This document shows positions 47,200-52,647 of a stretch of DNA of 52,647 bases, piece after piece (position 1 is the stretch's first letter; every line of letters starts with the position of its first letter). The stretch covers positions 124,922-177,568 of the forward strand of contig MNCI01001323.1 of the NCBI GenBank assembly GCA_015680685.1, in the 5' to 3' direction. Source of the stretch: Gnetum montanum (lineage: Eukaryota; Plantae; Gnetophyta). The position numbers and the translations under genes were made by a program. The notes below the pieces were generated by a model. That model ran no database searches and was not told the origin of the DNA. It was given only the letters and a program-made list of their open reading frames with translations.

Positions 47200-48880
47200 T
47201 ACAATTTTGCAAGAGGAATGAAATAACATATTTGCAACTTTGAACTCCATGGCATCTAGGATTGTGTAATTGGAATCCATGGTTGAAGCTGTAGTAAAAA
47301 AGGTACAAACTATTCCAACAACCACAAAATTAAAAGATTCATTTCTAAATGTTGAAGTAACCCAAGTTTAGACTCATATTGATACTCTACAGTCAAAGTT
47401 GGATTCTCTTGAATAAAAAATAACAAGTGCTCCCTCAAGTGTAGAAGAAGTTACTGAAAAAACATGTGAAGATGAAGAAAAACGTAAGAAGATTCAGAAT
47501 ATTCAAATTGTAATATTTCTTAAGAACATGATGAGTATCTTTTGTAAGTCATGCTAGATTTCTTTACAAAACAAATACACATTTCTTCTACCCCAATTAT
47601 TAGTGCAAACAAACTTGATTTCAAGGGGGATAAACCTCAACAAATTCTTGGTAAGTTTGCTAATTGCAATGAAAGAGATGACGTGTGAAATGATCTAAGT
47701 ATTTGAAAGCACAATATATTGAATTAATGAAGACTTGACCCAAAAGAAAAGTATGTAAAAGAGCAAGAAGAATGGCAAAAAGTTAAACAAGCTTGTGCTA
47801 AAGGTCAAAGTGTTTACTGAAACTCTAAATATGGTGTAATCATCAAGGAGAGGGCATATCCCCTAAAATAGGGATTTTCTTCTATTACATGTTATTTCCT
47901 TAATGTTGAAGGTTCATTGGCTAATAAAGTTAGTGCTTTAGATACTAGTCATTTCTTCAATGATTTTGATCTATTTATTTGGCTAAAACTTGGGAAGAAG
48001 AAAATTCTCCTACAATATTTATTTAAGACTTTCATATCATTTTTGTTAGAAATAAACATTCCAAAGTAAGGGGTAGACCTTTTGGTGGTATTTCTTATTT
48101 AATTAAAAAGTTCAAAGATCATTCCATGAATGTGCATAAAGTTGATGATAATAACCAAGAGTTGTGGATAAATTTCAAGGCATTTTAGAGGTTCTTTATA
48201 TTATTTTTTGTTATTTTGCTTCAAGGGATTCTTCTATTTATAGTTTTGTTAATCATTCACATGAGCATCCTTTTCAATTTTTAGGTCAATATATTGCATA
48301 ATTCTCCAAGATGAATAAAGTTTTTCTTTGTGGGCATTTTAATGCTCGTGTTAGACAAAATCAAATTCAAAATCTTATTTAGAAGCCTCATTTAAAGTTC
48401 AATGAAGGCCTCTTTTTTAGTTCATAAAATATCATCTATTGATCATATTACAAATCCATGAAATATATATTTCTTATAATGGGGTTGTTACTTTGATTTT
48501 TTAATTCTTAATGGTATGAACAAATTTCCTTCTTCTTCTTATTTTACCTTTACTCAACATCAAGGTAACTCTTTCATTGATCTTTTCTTATTTGCTCATA
48601 ATAATATAGATGCTAGAATCTCCTCATCATAATCTTAAATTCACTATTGTTACTTTAATTTGTCATATTTACTACAAGAAATGTAGAACGTTTTCAGATC
48701 ATAGAAGATCTTCACTAGGTTTTTCAAATAAGAGTAGCTAATATATTAGTTAACAATAACAATGAGTTAGATTTAACTAATATTTCTTTGTCTATAGTTG
48801 CTTAGGTACAGATGAAGAAGAAGCTTTCTTGAAAAAAAACCTTGGTTTAATGTCAACTGTTTTACAACTCATAAAGATAG
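47200..48880 (+). mobile_element. Decayed non-LTR retrotransposon (APE endonuclease region, non-L1 type), cut by LTR E
   Basis: KVRGRPFGGISYLIKK (~48063), VFLCGHFNARV (~48320), LILNGMNKF...FT...GNSFIDL (~48500), KKPWFNVNC (~48835); left boundary approximate. Confidence 0.7.
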
Positions 48881-49707
48881 TGATGACCAGTGAGGTATCC
48901 CTACACTCAACCATACGAATCCAGTCGAATTCCAAGGACTAAGTGCTTATGTGCTTTTACAAAACCCGGATAGGTTGGTCAATCATTGTCTTCCCAAGCT
49001 TACTCGTATAGTGTGATTGTCTAGTTAAGTAAACTTGAGGTATATGATTTTTATATATTTTATGTTTTATGTCTTGGTGCTACAAACGGAGAAGTGAACT
49101 AATTGAGTAACCAATTTAATTTAACTAATCAACTTTACTCTAACTAGTCCTAACACCAGCATCTATTCTCACTTGCCGTCCACATCCTGAACCAATGCAA
49201 CACTACTGGGATTACCAAACGCTAATTGTTACTAAGTTACCAAGTGTTCCACACATGCTCGAAGTGTTCGTACTAAGTGTGCTTACTTGGGAGAGTTAAC
49301 AATGTGAGAGAGAAAACATGAATTAACTAAGGAAAGCATTAAATAACCATAAATAACATTAAATAAGCTATTCTGAATGCTACAAGGTTTATCACAAAGT
49401 TCATCTTTATTTTCAACCACAAGGTGTGCTTAGGTACACAATGCTCGAATAAGGATCTGTTTGCTTTATGACTCCTACTGCGGGCACTCTGTAATAATTC
49501 TAACTCTAAGAGGGAGAAAAGGCAAGAGTTCGGATAAGGGACTAAGACTAATGAACTAACTATCTTCAAACCAAGTGCGCCTACCTCTTATTTATAGGCG
49601 ACAAGACAGGCCCCGATATCGGATGTCCAATATCACTTGGAAGGATCCGATATCATGTACTCGATATCATGGATGCAATATCACAACCCTAATATCGCGG
49701 CTCATCA
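48881..49707 (-). mobile_element. LTR E (3' LTR of a minus-strand Athila-like element)
   Basis: TGATGA...CTCATCA followed on + by TACCCCC (reverse complement of the PPT); colinear with the reverse complement of LTR B. Confidence 0.88.
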
Positions 49708-50656
49708 TACCCCCACGACTGAATGAAAATGTGTACTCAAGTTCCTTACAAAATATTGGGAAGGTATGGGATTATTAACTGAATGAGAACTGATAGTAAT
49801 AGGGAATAACAGACACAAAGTGCCTAGTGAACAGATCGACAAACATATTACAACATTGGTGTTCATGCCCTTTGTGGTGAACACTACACATAGATGACAT
49901 CTAGACCCTCATTCAACAACTTGAGGAGAAAGAGAGAGAAAAGAAAATAAGGCGTGTTGTTGCCAATGCCAGAAATGTACACTCCATTGTTCATCCATAG
50001 CCACATGACCAAACTCGTTCCTTTCTTAAACACTCCAGCTCTAGTCCATCTCAAGTGCTTCCTCCTATCCCAGTCCATTGTTCGTGTAATCACCATCTGC
50101 ACACACAACACAGTCATGAATTAGCAAGGATAGATAAGCCACAATGCAGCTAATACCTTGCCTCAATATAAGTGCATTGGCTAGGTTGTGGGTATGGTAG
50201 ATATTGGGTTAGAGGTTTTAACTAATAACTACCCAAGGTGTAGGGGTGAGATAGGTGATTGAATGGAAAAATTTGTGATAGGGCTCCCATGACTAAGAGC
50301 AAACTTTTGATAGTGATAGGGTGGAAAAACTAAAGGAACAAGAAAGATGAAAGAAATAACAACAGTGAAGCCCATAACATGGATCTCATAGATGGGGATG
50401 AAACAAGAAATGTTTGATTGCAAAGAATATTTAAGGAAAAGAGTCTAACACTTGCATCATAAAGGAATGTCATTGGGTCCTCCCCAAAGCAGGTTCATGC
50501 CCTTTACACCCTGACAAACCCATAAACAAAAGATTTCGTAGGCTCTAGGAATGACATATGGAAATAATGGTTAAAGACTAACCCACAAAAATTCACCAAA
50601 GAATAACAATGTGTTAACTAGGATATAGACTAATCATAAAACTAGCAATGAGGTGG
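49708..50656 (-). mobile_element. 3' internal region of element E, interrupted by element F
   Basis: PPT plus homology to window positions 1-426. Confidence 0.75.
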
Positions 50657-51451
50657 TGATTGCGATATCGCGGTCCGCTGCCAAATCTATAAATAAGAGG
50701 CGGCACTCCCCTCATTCGAAATCATAGGCGTAAAGTAGCGAAGCTCTGGCGGATTGATCACCCCAGAGATAGAATAGTTTCCATGTGCCCGTAGTAGGAG
50801 TCCCCCAAGTGAACGGTTCTTTATTCAAGTAGCTTTGTACCTAAACGCAAGTTGTGTACGGCAATAAAGACGAGCTTTGTGGATAAACCTTGCAGTGCAT
50901 GGATAGGTTTAATTAATGTTATTTATTGCTTTCCTAGTAACTCGGCATAAGTCCGACTTGGTTACGAGCGTTGACGAACGTGTACGGCTAGCCAAGGAAT
51001 CGGCTACTCATCGCGAGTAGATTCTCTTACCCTTACCTCCTAGAATGTGGGACAAGTACGGCTTGATTACGAGCATCTACGGATGTGTANNNNNNNNNNN
51101 NNNNNNNAATGATTAGCGTTTGGTAGCCACAGTTGCACAGTTCAGGGTGTGTACGACAAGTGGGAATGGATGCTGATGCTAGGACTTAGTGCTGTAATTA
51201 GAGTTAGTTTTAGTTTCTCAACCCTTCATCGTTTAGCATAGGAGATAAACTTGAAAATACCAAAAAAATCATATACCTCGGACTTACTTAACCATACACC
51301 GTGACAACAACAAGTAGTCTGGGAAGACAACGAACAATTAACCGCAAGTGTTCCTTGCAGCGTTAGGCATTTAGTCTGCGGAGTTCGACTGGATCACGCG
51401 TGCTACGCTCGTTTCGTATGGTTGAGTGTAGGGGTACCTCGCCACTCATCA
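50657..51451 (+). mobile_element. LTR F (5' LTR of an Athila-like element)
   Basis: TGAT...CTCATCA; closely similar to LTR A; contains an N gap; followed by a PBS. Confidence 0.9.
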
Positions 51452-51452
51452 T

Positions 51453-51470
51453 TGGCGCCATTGCCGGGGA
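51453..51470 (+). other. Primer binding site, tRNA-Asp type
   Basis: TGGCGCCATTGCCGGGGA, one mismatch from the TGGCGCCGTTGCCGGGGA PBS typical of Athila elements, 1 nt after the LTR end. Confidence 0.85.
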
Positions 51471-51591
51471 CTAAGTGTTTTTACGCCAATTAGAACATTA
51501 GGAATCTTTCACATCGTTGTGAGCCTTAACGAACCTTCGGGTTAATCAGTTAATTAAGAACACAGATAACGGTGAATAGCACACCATTAGA

Positions 51592-52647
51592 ATGGCTTCT
51601 TCTCATAAAATCAACTCACCTCAGGATAACACAGAAGACAGTCAGCATCACACACATAACTTAGACCAGCCAAGTCCTAAATAGTATACAATAACTTATA
51701 CTCATCCCAATGGGTATATCCCTGATTACACTTTTACTCTCCATCAGGATGAATAGTTGCGCTGCAGAGATTTGTTTGGTAATATAGTTTTACCACCAGA
51801 TCGATCTGTTCCGAACATGCTTTTCCGTGGATTGACACAGATTGGCATGCAAGACTTATTCACTGAATACGTTGCTGGAAGATATCATATAAGGGATTAT
51901 CATTCCACCGCTTTGTAATGTATGAGGGACGAAAGGCAGGAGAGCCAACATTCATTATTGAAGGGCAAGGTCCCCCATGTCCTTAGTGAAATAGGAGATG
52001 AGGAACCCCTCATAATGGGTTTCTTAGAAAATGATGTTCCTCCTCCTCACACTGGTGAAGAGGTAAGGCATCAGGGCCTTTGATCAACTGTTCATGCTAT
52101 AGGCTCTGATCCCCATGAGAACCAACTGTTCACGGTAGGAACAACCACTCACACTAAGGACGGACACTTAGATCGTTACAACGATCGGGGCCGAAGTAGC
52201 CAAAGAGAAGGTAAGAAACATCGCCATGGTGATGGATCCCCTTCCTCTTCTTCTTCATCTCACCATTCACACTCTCCTTCCACATCTGGCCGCAACCATC
52301 GTGAGCATAACAGAGAGGGTAAAAGTAAGGAAGATGAAAGACCTTGACAGGACGGTCGAGAGGAGTTAGGACAAGGGCAAGGACGTAGGGAGAATAGGGA
52401 ACCACCACGTAGACATCATAGACGTCATGATAGGGATGATCATGACGAACCCCTACTTGCAACCTGAAGCATGCTGAATATCACAGAGGCAGTTAGGATC
52501 CCCACAAGGCACCTAAAAGACAGCAGGATCAAGCGTTTGGACATAAATAATATCCCACGTTTTGAAGGGGGATACAACGCTGATCCTTAACATCATTTAT
52601 AGGCATTCCATGATGCCTGTGCCTTGCAAAATATAGATAATGAGTGG
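51592..52647 (+). pseudogene. gag: Retrotransposon gag pseudogene (runs off the window)
   Basis: Single frame from ATG 51592 with 8 in-frame stops; ends in IPRFEGGYNADP*HHL*AFHDAC, matching the P.F.G...DP..HL..F...C motif at the start of the Athila/Tat-type Gag core. Confidence 0.8.

Noticed and set aside
427-51451. A giant LTR element that captured the whole CalS gene between LTR A and LTR F
   Set aside because: A is preceded by a PPT (3' LTR) and F is followed by a PBS (5' LTR), so both internal regions point away from the gene. There is no shared TSD and the gene keeps all its introns.
52154-52462. 102-aa minus-strand ORF
   Set aside because: Antisense shadow of the gag pseudogene.

Overview
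Land-plant nuclear DNA, AT-rich, with small N gaps at 39030 and 51090-51107; I cannot assign the species. The window is dominated by one apparently intact callose synthase gene (CalS/GSL, 1,3-beta-glucan synthase, GT48) on the minus strand, ATG at 44292 and TGA at 5795. I assembled it by hand into 42 exons (5997 nt, 1998 aa) with consistent phases, 40 GT-AG introns and one GC-AG intron. The long introns hold decayed transposons: an L1 LINE with a nested solo LTR, an internally deleted L1, probable LTR remnants and tRNA-like SINE heads. Both flanks are nests of one Athila-like Ty3/gypsy family (six LTR copies, TGATGAG...CTCATCA termini, tRNA-Asp-type PBS, decayed gag), and the right nest sits inside a decayed non-L1 LINE. 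I found no convincing wholly new system. The best leads are a small hydrophobic ORF with signs of coding constraint just upstream of the retroelement PPT, an ORF1-retaining deleted L1 with poly(A) and TSD, repeat-built insertions in the CalS protein, and an intron 1 made of tandem copies of its own 5' splice-site region.
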